Source of the DNA: Candidatus Latescibacterota bacterium
GTDB lineage: Bacteria > Latescibacterota > UBA2968 > UBA8231
Length of the DNA stretch: 64,000 nt
Reading direction: 5' to 3'
Assembly (NCBI GenBank): GCA_965243025.1
Contig: CBDETY010000003.1
Location: 4,160,001-4,224,000, forward strand
Part shown: positions 29,885 through 39,457 of the stretch, piece by piece
Layout of the letters: each line of letters opens with the position of its first letter
Position numbering within the stretch: position 1 is the first letter of the stretch
Notes under the pieces: model-generated
Databases searched by the model: none
Seen by the model: the letters and a program-made list of their open reading frames with translations, nothing else
Told to the model about the DNA's origin: nothing
Program-made: the position numbers and the translations under genes

Positions 29885-31643
29885 TCGACAGCCGCCCCTG
29901 CTGGCAGGCGAGGGCGGCGCCGACAAAACCGGAGAACAGGGGGGCCGGGTTGTCCATGCGCGACTTGAATTCCGGGTGAGCCTGGGTGGCGACGAAAAGC
30001 CGGTGCCCCGGGATCTCGATGAACTCCATCAGCCGGGTTCCGTCCACCCGGCGGTGGTGACCTGAGAAAACAAGGCCTTCCTCCTCGAGAAGCTCGACGA
30101 ACCGCGGCGAAACCTCGTAGCGGTGGCGGTGGCGCTCGAGTGCGACCTTGTCGCGGTCGAGCATGACCTGTCCTACGCGAAAGGCCTGGTCCGGCGTCGC
30201 CAGCAGCTGCTCGATGCGCTCCCGGTCCTCCCGCAGACGTCCCGACTCCTCGTAGAGCTCGAGCACACGGCTGTTTTTCCTGAGCACCGCTGCGTACGCC
30301 CCCAGGCGCATGCTGGCCCCGTAGCGGCTCTCCTCGAGCACCTGCTTCTGCGTCTCCTGGACGCAGACGACCTGCCAGGGGGAGGTCTCATCGAACTCCG
30401 CCGAGGTCGCCTCCTCGAGGCCGGCGACGTTGCGCGCGTATTCGATCACCGCCAACTGGAGGCCGTAACACAGCCCGAGGAAGGGCACGTCCTGTTCGCG
30501 GGCGTAGCGGATGGCGGCGATCACTCCTTCCGCCCCCCCTTCTCCGAAAGCCCCCGGGACGATGATGCCGCTGAACTCCTCCAGCTCTTCGAGGTCCATC
30601 TCCCCGGTTTCGAACTTCCTGCCATCCACCCAGGTGATGTCGACGCGCGCGTCGAGCCCGACGCCGGCGTGCAGCAGCGACTGGTTGACCGAGATGTACG
30701 AATCGGTCAGCTGGTAGTCGCCGATCTCGACGTACTTGCCGACCATGGCCACCGGGACTGTCTCGCGGGGTTCCTTGCTGCGCCGCAGCAGCTGGTGCCA
30801 ATGCGACCAGTCCGGTTTCCGATGGGGCTCGAGCTGGAGCTTTGCCAGCAGCTTTTCGCCGAGATCCTCCTCCTCGAGCCGCAGCGGAATGTCGTAGATC
30901 GTCGCCATGTCGGGAGCGGAAATGATGTGCTCGGCCGGGACGTTGGCGCCGACCTGGATCTTTTTCTTGCGCACGGCGTCGAGTCCGGTCTCGGCGCGGC
31001 AGATGATGAAGTCGGGAAATATCCCGTGCTCGCTGAGCATGCGGATCGCCTGCTGCGTCGGCTTGGTCTTCATCTCCCCGACGTGCTGCGGGACCGGCAG
31101 GTAGGTGATGAGGGCGAACACGAAGTGCTCCTCCCCTATTTCGCGCTCGAGAGCCTTCGCGGCGAACAGGAACGGCTCGTTCTCGTAGTCGCCGACCGTG
31201 CCCCCAATCTCGATCAGGCCGATGTCGTACCCCTCGACGGCATCGAGAATGCGGCGCTTGATTTCATCGGTGACGTGGGGGATGGGCTGCACCGTCTGCC
31301 CGAGATAGTCGCCGCGCCGCTCGCGCTCGATCACGCTGTGGTAGATCTGACCGGTAGTGAGGTTGTTCTGACGCGGCAGGTCGAGCCCGAGGAAGCGCTC
31401 GTAGTTGCCGAGATCCTGATCGATTTCGCCGCCGTCGTCGGTAACCCAGACCTCGCCGTGCTCCGTCGGACGCAGGGTGCCGGCGTCGTAGTTGATGTAG
31501 GGATCGATCTTCACCGCGGTCGTGCGGTACCCGTACTCGGAAAGGATGCGCCCGATCGAAGCGGTAGTCAGGCCCTTGCCGACCCCGCTCATCACCCCCC
31601 CTGCGACGATGACGAACTTCGGCCCCCCGTACTCACCTGTCAC
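29862..31643 (-). CDS. pyrG: CTP synthase
   Basis: GGVMSGVGKG, KIDPYIN, EHGEV, DLGNYERF, KTKPTQ, GLCYG, RHRHRYE, HPEF. Confidence 0.96.
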   Translation of the reverse strand: MTGEYGGPKFVIVAGGVMSGVGKGLTTASIGRILSEYGYRTTAVKIDPYINYDAGTLRPTEHGEVWVTDDGGEIDQDLGNYERFLGLDLPRQNNLTTGQIYHSVIERERRGDYLGQTVQPIPHVTDEIKRRILDAVEGYDIGLIEIGGTVGDYENEPFLFAAKALEREIGEEHFVFALITYLPVPQHVGEMKTKPTQQAIRMLSEHGIFPDFIICRAETGLDAVRKKKIQVGANVPAEHIISAPDMATIYDIPLRLEEEDLGEKLLAKLQLEPHRKPDWSHWHQLLRRSKEPRETVPVAMVGKYVEIGDYQLTDSYISVNQSLLHAGVGLDARVDITWVDGRKFETGEMDLEELEEFSGIIVPGAFGEGGAEGVIAAIRYAREQDVPFLGLCYGLQLAVIEYARNVAGLEEATSAEFDETSPWQVVCVQETQKQVLEESRYGASMRLGAYAAVLRKNSRVLELYEESGRLREDRERIEQLLATPDQAFRVGQVMLDRDKVALERHRHRYEVSPRFVELLEEEGLVFSGHHRRVDGTRLMEFIEIPGHRLFVATQAHPEFKSRMDNPAPLFSGFVGAALACQQGRLSNAKAAAS

Positions 31644-31747
31644 TGCGTTTGCCTTTTCGGGAATGATTAACCGCCCGGCAGTTTCCGGCGACCGATCGGT
31701 CGGTCACAGCCAAAAAGAAACGGCGACATCGCTGCCGCCGCCGGTAA

Positions 31748-32035
31748 CTACTCGATGATTTTCGGGACTCTGAAATAGCCGTCCTTGACATCCGGCCCCA
31801 GAGCCAGGATTTCGTCCCGGCCGGGAAATGCCTCCGCTTCGTCCTGGCGAAAAGGGTTGCTGACCGGGACAACGTGGGAGGTGGGCTCGACGTTCCGGGT
31901 GTCCAGTTCGTCGAGCTTTTCCATGTAGGAGAGGATTCTGTTGAGCTCTTCTGCGAGGAGGGTTTTCTCTTGGTCGGAGAGTTGCAGCCGCGCCAGGTCC
32001 GCCACTTTGCGGACGTCATCTTCCGTTACCGCCAT
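31748..32035 (-). CDS. gatC: Asp/Glu-tRNA amidotransferase subunit C
   Basis: MAVTEDDVRKVADLARL...ELDT.NVEPTSH...GYFRVPKIIE. Confidence 0.93.
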   Translation of the reverse strand: MAVTEDDVRKVADLARLQLSDQEKTLLAEELNRILSYMEKLDELDTRNVEPTSHVVPVSNPFRQDEAEAFPGRDEILALGPDVKDGYFRVPKIIE

Positions 32036-32300
32036 CTGCCGCTCGCTCCCGGTCTCCTCCTCGCTTTCGGGCCGGCCCAAACAGCCCGCTGGAATAGTTG
32101 CTCTGCAGGCGAGGCCGAGCCATGGGGGTCGAAGACAAGGCGGGCTACCGAGCCGAATGGGGGGTTCGAGGAGGAAGCGCAACGCCGGATTCGGCCACCA
32201 GGGCCGGCCGCAGCCCGGATGGACTCTAAACGGGCTGCTAATATGCCGCATCGACCATGCAGTGGCAAACCGGCTCAAGCGCCCCCGGCCCCGCTGGGAA

Positions 32301-32329
32301 TTGCAACGGTCTCACCGCTTCGGTATACT
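32301..32329 (+). promoter_or_regulatory. Sigma-70-like promoter for DUF2203 gene
   Basis: TTGCAA-17 nt-TATACT. Confidence 0.55.
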
Positions 32330-32366
32330 CCCGCGCCCCCGAAACCCGAACCCGTACCGCCGTCCC

Positions 32367-32864
32367 ATGGCAAAAAACCAGCCCGGTCGCAGGCCTTTTA
32401 CCGTCGAGGAGGCAAATGCCTCGCTGCCGGTCCTCAACGCGGTTTTCGATCAGCTCGACGGAAAGAAGCGGGAGCTCTTCGACATCCGCCGGCAGATCCA
32501 GATCCTCGAGGTGATGTGGGGGGAGCGGCTCGCCGCCGAAACCAACCCCGATCGCGCCGCCTACGAACGCTACACCGCCTCGGCCAAGACGCTGATACGC
32601 GACCTGAACGAGGTCGTGTCGCGCGAGATCCTCGGGCGCGGCATGCGCTTTCCGCCGGGGGGGCTCGATCAGGGGCTCATCGATTTTCCGACGTTCTTCG
32701 AAGGGCGCTGGGTCTTCATCTGCTGGCAGCGCGGAGAGCCGGAGGTCCGCTTCTGGCACGAGCTGGACGGCGGCTACGCCGGCAGGCGGGAGATCCAGGC
32801 TGAACAGATCATCGGAATGGGACAGATGGACGACGACCACGGAGATCTGACGGACTCCGCCTAG
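32367..32864 (+). CDS. DUF2203 family protein
   Basis: FTVEEANASLP, GLIDFP, CWQRGE...FWHELDGGYAGRR. Confidence 0.88.
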   Translation: MAKNQPGRRPFTVEEANASLPVLNAVFDQLDGKKRELFDIRRQIQILEVMWGERLAAETNPDRAAYERYTASAKTLIRDLNEVVSREILGRGMRFPPGGLDQGLIDFPTFFEGRWVFICWQRGEPEVRFWHELDGGYAGRREIQAEQIIGMGQMDDDHGDLTDSA

Positions 32865-32912
32865 TGCGGCCCGGTCCCCTCCCACCCCCTGGCTCCAGCC
32901 CGGTCCGATGCC

Positions 32913-32969
32913 TTGACCGGGACTTCAACATGTGGTATCATTCTCCACAATCAGCACCAACTGTTGTGC
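32913..32969 (+). promoter_or_regulatory. smc promoter overlapped by tandem NrdR-like boxes
   Basis: TTGACC-17 nt-TATCAT with extended TG; 16-mers CTTCAACATGTGGTAT (32923) and GCACCAACTGTTGTGC (32954) start 31 bp apart. Confidence 0.6.
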
Positions 32970-33147
32970 AATTGCTCCGGTTTCGAGTGTCGTCGTTCCA
33001 TTCCCCGCTGTAAGCGCAATCTCCCCGAGGCGTCTTCCCGCATCGTTTCTCTCACTCATCAAGTCCGTCGAATTTCCCGGAAAAACCCTGCGGCGGCGGG
33101 GCTTTCCGCGTCGCGAATCCCGGGACGCGCGTAAAGGAGCTCGATAG

Positions 33148-36100
33148 GTGCGGCTTTCGAATGTCGAAATCTTCGGGTTCAAGTCGTTCCTGACCCGGGT
33201 CGAGATCCCCTTCGGCAGGGGAATCACCTCCATCGTCGGTCCCAACGGGTGCGGCAAGTCGAACATTGTCGAGGCGATCCGGTGGGTCCTCGGGGAACAG
33301 CGGGCCGGAGCGGTTCGCGGCCACCGCATGGAAGACGTGATTTTCAGCGGCACCCGCCAACGAAAACCCCTCGGGATGTCGGAAGTATCCCTGACCATTG
33401 ACAACTCCAGCCACATTCTGCCGATCGAATTCAGCGAGGTTACCGTAACGCGCCGGTTGTTCCGTTCCGGCGAAAGCGACTACCTCCTCAACAAGGTCCC
33501 CTGCCGGCTTCTCGACATCCAGAACCTGCTCATGGACACCGGCCTCGGTCCCGGCGCCTACTCGGTGATGGAACAGGGCATGGTGGACGAGATCATCAGC
33601 GAACGCACCGAAAACAGGAGGCGCATTCTCGAGGAGGCCGCCGGGATAACGAAATACAAGACCCGCAGGCGTTCGACCTGGAACAAGCTCGAATCGACCC
33701 AGGCGGACCTGACGCGGCTCGAGGATCTCATCGGGGAGGTCAAACGGCAGGTCGATTACCTGGGGCGCCAGGTCGGCCGCGCCAGAAGGTACAAGACCTT
33801 GCGCCAGGAATGGGAACAGCTCGAGCTGCTGTTCGGCCGCCACCGTTTCTTCGAGATCCAGGAACAGTTGAAGCCGTTGAGGCAGGAGTCCGACGAGTTG
33901 TCGAAGAGGTCGGTGTCCGGGCGTACCGAACTCACCACCCAGGAAACCGAGCTGGAGAAGCGCAGACTCGCGGTTACCACCCTGGAGAAAGACCTCCAGA
34001 CCGTGGGGGTGGAACTGACGCGATGCGTCGAGCAGCTGCACGAACGGGAGCGGGGCCTGGTCGCGGTGCGGGAGCGCCGGGGGGCGCGGCAGCAGTTCAT
34101 CCGGCGATCCACCGAAGAGCGCGACCGGCAGCAGCAGCAGCTGGCCGCCTCCCGTCAGCAGCGGGAGCAGACCCTCGGCGCCCTCGCGGATGCCGAAAGC
34201 AGACTGAGCTCGGATGGCGGCCGGCTGCAATCCCAGGAAGAGTCGATGGCCGAAGCGGAAGCTGCCTGGCAACGCGGACAGAGCGCCCTGGAAGCCGCCA
34301 ACGCGCGGCTGCGCGCCGCCCTGGGCGACAGGGAGGAGTGCGGCCGCACCGTCGAAAGGCTGCAGGCCGAAGCGGCGGGGTTGGAACGGACCGGTGAGCA
34401 GCTCGCTTCTGAACAGTCGGGACTGGGTAGCGCCCAGGATGGGCTCTCCCGGGACCGGGCCGCAGCGCAGCAGGAACTGGCCGGGCTGGAATCGCGGCTG
34501 ACCGCGGTCGAGGGGGATTTCGCCGCCGCCCGGGAGCGCCATAAGGAGGTGGAGGAACAGCTCCGGCGGGCTGTCGAGGAGCGAGGCGCCCTCCAGCGAT
34601 CGCTGGAGGCGAACGCCGCCCGCCTCCAGGTACTGGAAAAGGTCAGGTCCGGGTTTGAAGGGCACTCCCAGGGGGTGCGGAACCTCATGCTCGATCCGGA
34701 ACGGCGCGAGCTTTTCAGGGGCGTGCTGGCCGATCTCATCGAGGTGGAATCCGAGTACTACCTGGCGGTCGAGACCGCCCTCGGGGACGCCCTGCAGGCG
34801 CTGGTGGCCGACAGCGAGGATGCCGCCTTCGAAGCGGTCCGCAGCTTGAGGGACGCTGCCGGCCGAGCCTGGGTGTTTCCTCTCGACTGGAACTTCCCTC
34901 CACCTCCTGCGGCCGCGGTAGGGGATCTTCCGGGTGTTCTCGGCCCCCTGTCCGCACATGTGCGAACCGGGGACGAGATCCGGCCTCTGGTCGAGCGTCT
35001 GCTGCACAACACCTTCCTGGTCGACGGGATCGATTCCGCCGTTGCGGCGGCTGCGCGCGGGATTGCCCAGCCTGTCCGGCTGGTGACCGCCGCGGGCGAA
35101 GGGATCGATTTTTCCGGTTGCCTGAGGGGTGGCCGCACCTCCCGGGAAGAGGACCGAAGCATACTCGGCCGCGCCGCCGAGATCGACCGCCTGCGCCGGG
35201 AGATCGCCCGCGACAGGGCCAGGCTCGCCGGTTCCGAGCTTGCCTTCTCGGCCGCCGAATCGCGGCGGCGGGTCCTGAACCGCTACTCTGCGGATCTCGG
35301 GGCTCTGGCGGAGGAATCGAGGGAACGGGCGCGCAGCTGCGAACTTCGGCTCTTGGAGATCAGAACCGAGAGCGAGCGTATCGACTCGCGGAGCTCCGAG
35401 GTCGAAGAGAGCTCGGAATCGCTTGCAGGACAGTTTGCCAGCCTCGCTTCGGCGCTGGAATCCGAACGGGACCGCCTGGTTGAACTGCAGGGGGAGGTAT
35501 CCGGGGCGGAGGCAGCTATCGGGAAAGTGGAACAGAGGCTGCACACTGCAGAAGCAGACCGCCGCGGCGCTTCCGAGACCCTCGGAGCCCTGCGCGTCGA
35601 GCGCGCCCGCGCCGTCGAGCAGGTAGACAGCCTGCGCAGGGACGGGCTCAGGCTCGACCAGATAGGGCAGGGCCACAGCCGGGAGATCGACCGGCTGACC
35701 GCTGAGATCGAACAGGCCAGCTCGGACTGCGACCAACTGCTGTCAACCGAGAAGCAGTCAGAGGCGGAAGTCCGCCGACTGCACCAGCTGCGCGACCAGC
35801 TGGCGAACAACCGCGACGGGAACCAGCTGGCCTGGCAGGAGGCCCTGACCCGCTCCCGCGACCTCGAAGGGGAGATCGGCAAACTGCAAAAAACGCTCTC
35901 CTCCGAGCGCGAGCGGACTTACCAGCTTCAGTTGAAGATCACCGAACTGGAGAACGATGCGGAACGCATCCGCGAGCGCCTCCAGGATGAAGTGAATGTC
36001 GAAGTCGAGACGCAGGGACCGGTCGTCGAGGAGGAGTTCGATCCCCTGGGGACCGAGGAGCGGCTCGGACTGGTGAGGCGCTCCCTCGAGCGCCTCGGCA

Positions 36101-36714
36101 CGGTGCATGTCGGGGTCATCGAGGAGTACGACCAGCAGCGGGAGCGCTACGATTTCCTGGTGCAACAGCGGGACGACCTGCTCGCCGCCGCGGAGGACCT
36201 CCGCAGGACACTGCAGCTGATCGACCGCACCGCGCGCCGCATGTTCCGCGAGACCTTCGTGGAAATCCGCGAAAAGTTCAGGGAGACCTTCCGCCGCTTT
36301 TTCCCCGGAGGTGAAGCGGATCTCGTGCTCGAGCCTGACGTCGACGCACTCGAAGCTGCGATCGAGATCAGCGCCCGCCCGCGAGGAAAGAGGCTGCAGA
36401 GCATCGCCCTGCTGTCGGGCGGCGAGCGCGCTCTGACCGCCATCGCCCTGCTGTTCGCCATTTACCAGGTGAAACCGAGTCCCTGGTGTATTCTCGACGA
36501 GGTCGACGCCCCCCTCGACGACGTCAACATCGGCCGCTTCATCCGCGTGGTCAGCGAATTCGCCGAGTCGACGCAGTTCATCCTGGTGACCCACAACAAG
36601 CTCAGCATGTCCGCGGCGGACACCCTTCACGGCGTCACCATGCCGGAGGAGGGTGTGTCGCAGATGGTGTCGGTGCAGGTGGAGCCGGAAGCCTTCGGAG
36701 AGGCGGCGGGCTGA
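33148..36714 (+). CDS. smc: Chromosome segregation protein SMC
   Basis: GFKSF, GPNGCGKSN, EEAAGI, hinge region, LSGGE, ILDEVDAPLD, VTHNK. Confidence 0.97.
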   Translation: MRLSNVEIFGFKSFLTRVEIPFGRGITSIVGPNGCGKSNIVEAIRWVLGEQRAGAVRGHRMEDVIFSGTRQRKPLGMSEVSLTIDNSSHILPIEFSEVTVTRRLFRSGESDYLLNKVPCRLLDIQNLLMDTGLGPGAYSVMEQGMVDEIISERTENRRRILEEAAGITKYKTRRRSTWNKLESTQADLTRLEDLIGEVKRQVDYLGRQVGRARRYKTLRQEWEQLELLFGRHRFFEIQEQLKPLRQESDELSKRSVSGRTELTTQETELEKRRLAVTTLEKDLQTVGVELTRCVEQLHERERGLVAVRERRGARQQFIRRSTEERDRQQQQLAASRQQREQTLGALADAESRLSSDGGRLQSQEESMAEAEAAWQRGQSALEAANARLRAALGDREECGRTVERLQAEAAGLERTGEQLASEQSGLGSAQDGLSRDRAAAQQELAGLESRLTAVEGDFAAARERHKEVEEQLRRAVEERGALQRSLEANAARLQVLEKVRSGFEGHSQGVRNLMLDPERRELFRGVLADLIEVESEYYLAVETALGDALQALVADSEDAAFEAVRSLRDAAGRAWVFPLDWNFPPPPAAAVGDLPGVLGPLSAHVRTGDEIRPLVERLLHNTFLVDGIDSAVAAAARGIAQPVRLVTAAGEGIDFSGCLRGGRTSREEDRSILGRAAEIDRLRREIARDRARLAGSELAFSAAESRRRVLNRYSADLGALAEESRERARSCELRLLEIRTESERIDSRSSEVEESSESLAGQFASLASALESERDRLVELQGEVSGAEAAIGKVEQRLHTAEADRRGASETLGALRVERARAVEQVDSLRRDGLRLDQIGQGHSREIDRLTAEIEQASSDCDQLLSTEKQSEAEVRRLHQLRDQLANNRDGNQLAWQEALTRSRDLEGEIGKLQKTLSSERERTYQLQLKITELENDAERIRERLQDEVNVEVETQGPVVEEEFDPLGTEERLGLVRRSLERLGTVHVGVIEEYDQQRERYDFLVQQRDDLLAAAEDLRRTLQLIDRTARRMFRETFVEIREKFRETFRRFFPGGEADLVLEPDVDALEAAIEISARPRGKRLQSIALLSGGERALTAIALLFAIYQVKPSPWCILDEVDAPLDDVNIGRFIRVVSEFAESTQFILVTHNKLSMSAADTLHGVTMPEEGVSQMVSVQVEPEAFGEAAG

Positions 36715-36733
36715 GGGGCGGCGGCCTCGTCCC

Positions 36734-37612
36734 TCAGCCGGGGTGAAGCCCGTAGAGGTCGCCCTCCGCCAGCAGGCGGGCGCGTTCCGCGGTGCGCGGG
36801 TCGTCGCTCTCCAGTGCCGCTTCCAGAAACCGGGGATGGTTCTCGAGGAAGCGGCGCATCGACCCGTGCGGATCGCGGCGGTAGGCCTCCAGAACCGCCT
36901 TCTGATCGGCATCGATCAGGTTGCGCCGCAGCATCTCGGCGAAAAGCTCTTCATCAACCCGCAGCAGACTCCAGGACTCCACCCCGAGTGATCTCAGCAC
37001 CTCGTCGCCTCCCTGGGCGCGGTCGATGACGTTGGCGGCCCAGGCGAGACGCCCCCCGCGGCTGCGCAGGGCGGGAACCCAGGCATTGCGATAGCTCGAC
37101 GCCTCGGTGACCAGGTCTGCAACATGGGCGGAACACCTGCCGGTCAGGTCGCCCGCCTCGACCGCGTCGCGGTCCCGGCCAAGAAACCCCCGCCTGTCCT
37201 TGTACAGGAAGAGATGGGGCAGGTCGAGCTTGTGCGCGACCGCCACCGAGAAGAACCAGTCGCGGCGCTCCCCGCCGGAGATCATCTCCAGGGAAGCCCT
37301 TTTCGGCCTCAGGGTCGCCGCGAGCGAATCGACCACCTCTGCGTAGACCGGGTCGCTGCCGTACATGTCGCGGCAACGGGCGGAAATCTCCGGGACGAAG
37401 CGGCCGACGTTCTCCTTTTCGGCGTCGATGAAAGCCAGCAGCTCACCGGCTTTTTCAGGTCCGCCGAACAGGAAATGGGTGTTTATGTAGTAGGGTCCCA
37501 CGGTTCCAGAGGTGTACCAGAACACCTCTCCCGCTGGAGCTATGCGCAAGGCCTGGCGAGCGATCAGCTGCTCGATCAGGCGGGCCCGGCCGCCTCCACC
37601 GCAGTCCCCCAT
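36734..37612 (-). CDS. Orotate phosphoribosyltransferase-like (type I PRTase) protein
   Basis: FWYTSGTVGPYYIN, SGGERRDWFFS, PRPP-loop-like HVADLVTEASS, VIDR.QGG. Confidence 0.7.
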   Translation of the reverse strand: MGDCGGGGRARLIEQLIARQALRIAPAGEVFWYTSGTVGPYYINTHFLFGGPEKAGELLAFIDAEKENVGRFVPEISARCRDMYGSDPVYAEVVDSLAATLRPKRASLEMISGGERRDWFFSVAVAHKLDLPHLFLYKDRRGFLGRDRDAVEAGDLTGRCSAHVADLVTEASSYRNAWVPALRSRGGRLAWAANVIDRAQGGDEVLRSLGVESWSLLRVDEELFAEMLRRNLIDADQKAVLEAYRRDPHGSMRRFLENHPRFLEAALESDDPRTAERARLLAEGDLYGLHPG

Positions 37613-37623
37613 GGCAAATCCCC

Positions 37624-38169
37624 CTATTCGGGAAGGTCGGCTTCGTTCAGCTGACCGAGCCGGGGGCTGGCCTTGTCCCGGGATGAAACGAGGACTTCCC
37701 CTGCCCCCACCTCCCAGTCGAGCCCGAGCTGCGGATCGTCCCAGGCGAGGGAGTACTCGTCGGCGCCGCCGGCGTAGTAGCGGTTTACCACGTAGGTCAG
37801 GGTGACGTCGGTCAGCGCCAGGAAACCGTGCGCTACTCCGCAGGGTATGAACAGCCCCTGGGGGTGCCGTTGATCGAGCTGCAGGATTTCGCCCTGTCCG
37901 CGGGTGGGGGAGGAGCGCCGCAGGTCGTAGAGGCCGACGCGCAGGGTTCCGGCGAGGCACTGCCAGTAGTCGACCTGCTGATGATGGTAATGCAGTCCCC
38001 GCACCGTTCCCGCCCTCGATTCGGAGCGGTTGCACTGGAGCTCAATCCAGGAGATGTGGGGGAACCACTCGCTGCGAAAGGACTCGGCGAACCAGCCGCG
38101 CTCATCCCCGAATGCCTCCAGTTCGGCGATGGCAACCCCCTCTATTCGCTCCGAGGGCCGCAGTTCCAT
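37624..38169 (-). CDS. rfbC: dTDP-4-dehydrorhamnose 3,5-epimerase family protein
   Basis: FGDERGWFAE, N.S.S..GTVRGLH, DLRRSSPT, IPCGVAHGF, WDDP. Confidence 0.88.
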   Translation of the reverse strand: MELRPSERIEGVAIAELEAFGDERGWFAESFRSEWFPHISWIELQCNRSESRAGTVRGLHYHHQQVDYWQCLAGTLRVGLYDLRRSSPTRGQGEILQLDQRHPQGLFIPCGVAHGFLALTDVTLTYVVNRYYAGGADEYSLAWDDPQLGLDWEVGAGEVLVSSRDKASPRLGQLNEADLPE

Positions 38170-38173
38170 CCCG

Positions 38174-38926
38174 CTATCCTCCCCTGCCGCAGCATCTTTT
38201 GTATTTCTTCCCGCTGCCGCACGGGCACGGGTCGTTGCGGCCGATTTTCGGAACCTCGCGCCGGTAGGTCTCGACCTTGTCGAACATCCCGCCTTCCTGG
38301 AGCAGATCGGAAGGCATGCGCCCGCCAAGGGATGGGCGCGGGGTGGAGAGCCACTCCTCGCGCAATTCCGCGATGGGGCCTTCCGCATCCCTGCCCATCG
38401 CCGCGGCCTCATCCGGTGACACCCCCTTCTCCTGACAGAAAAGACCGAAATCCGCCAGCAGCGCCCCCTGCGGGGAGGAGAGCAACTGCTCGACCTGCCC
38501 GCGGTCGATGCCTTCAGGGAGTTCGATATCCCTCAGAGCATCGAGATCGGGAAGACTTCCGGTTTGAAGATCACCGGCGGTTGCAGCCGCCATCGCCGGG
38601 GCCCCCTGCTCCTCCACCACCCCGGCTTCACCCCCGGCCCCGGCCGCCGGGGCAATTTCGCCGTCCGCCAAGCCCGCCTCTTCCAGAACAGGGGACTCCC
38701 CTTCTGAACTGGAAGCGATCGTTTCCGAAAGGGGGGAAGCCTCCGCGGCGATTTCCGTCAGCAACCGCCTCAGCTTTCCGGAAGCGTCCGAACCGGGAGA
38801 AACCTGCTCGACTATCCAGCCGACCTCCTCGCCGTCCTCCAGGAGCTCGATGATCTCCTCCGGCGAGAAACGCTCGATTCCCCGGGCAGCGCAAAGCTCC
38901 GCCAGTCTTTCCCGCAATTCCTTCAC
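38174..38926 (-). CDS. SEC-C motif-containing protein
   Basis: C-terminal [20 protein letters not shown]; [14 protein letters not shown]. Confidence 0.85.
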   Translation of the reverse strand: MKELRERLAELCAARGIERFSPEEIIELLEDGEEVGWIVEQVSPGSDASGKLRRLLTEIAAEASPLSETIASSSEGESPVLEEAGLADGEIAPAAGAGGEAGVVEEQGAPAMAAATAGDLQTGSLPDLDALRDIELPEGIDRGQVEQLLSSPQGALLADFGLFCQEKGVSPDEAAAMGRDAEGPIAELREEWLSTPRPSLGGRMPSDLLQEGGMFDKVETYRREVPKIGRNDPCPCGSGKKYKRCCGRGG

Positions 38927-39381
38927 TCGCGCACCCCCCTGCAGTCAGCGATGCGGGAAGGATAGGCGCAGACCGGAGCAGCCGTCAAAACGGAGCGGTC
39001 GGAGTCGGACCGCAATGTGCCTGGAGGCATCAGATTGTTGAGGAGTCTCAGAATACTGAGTGGACCGGCCGCAAAATAACGGGTCGCCCAGGGACCGTTT
39101 TCTCCTCGTTTCCGAGAGTTTCCTGGCGATTCCCCGGCGCAGTCCTGAGGGCTCATCTGCAGTAATGACGGCAGCGAACGGCCCCTCCAGGATCGGTTCG
39201 CGGGGTTTTCTGAAATCGGGCGCTTCACGAGGGGAGCAGAGGGAGATTCCGACCGTGTGCAGGCCGCCCCGAACCCGCCGCCAGCCTGCTGGAAAAGACC
39301 CCGGATCGCCGCCAAAGCCGGTCGCATGGCCGGAGTTCGCGGTGCCGGGGACTCGCCGGGCGGGCTGTCGCCATTCCCTGG

Positions 39382-39397
39382 TGGTACGGTGATTGCT
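39382..39397 (+). promoter_or_regulatory. Sigma-54 promoter upstream of ECF sigma gene
   Basis: TGGTAC-GGTGA-TTGCT (GG-N10-GC), about 60 nt before ATG 39458. Confidence 0.7.
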
Positions 39398-39457
39398 TCC
39401 TGCCCATTGAGCCGTCCCGAAACCGGATTCGAGGCGGGAGAGAATGGGGAGAAAGCG

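Noticed and set aside
33052-35736. Long antisense ORFs (894 aa here; also 18840..20897, 43867..45723, 60770..62617)
   Set aside because: Expected antisense shadows of high-GC coding genes, with no protein motifs.
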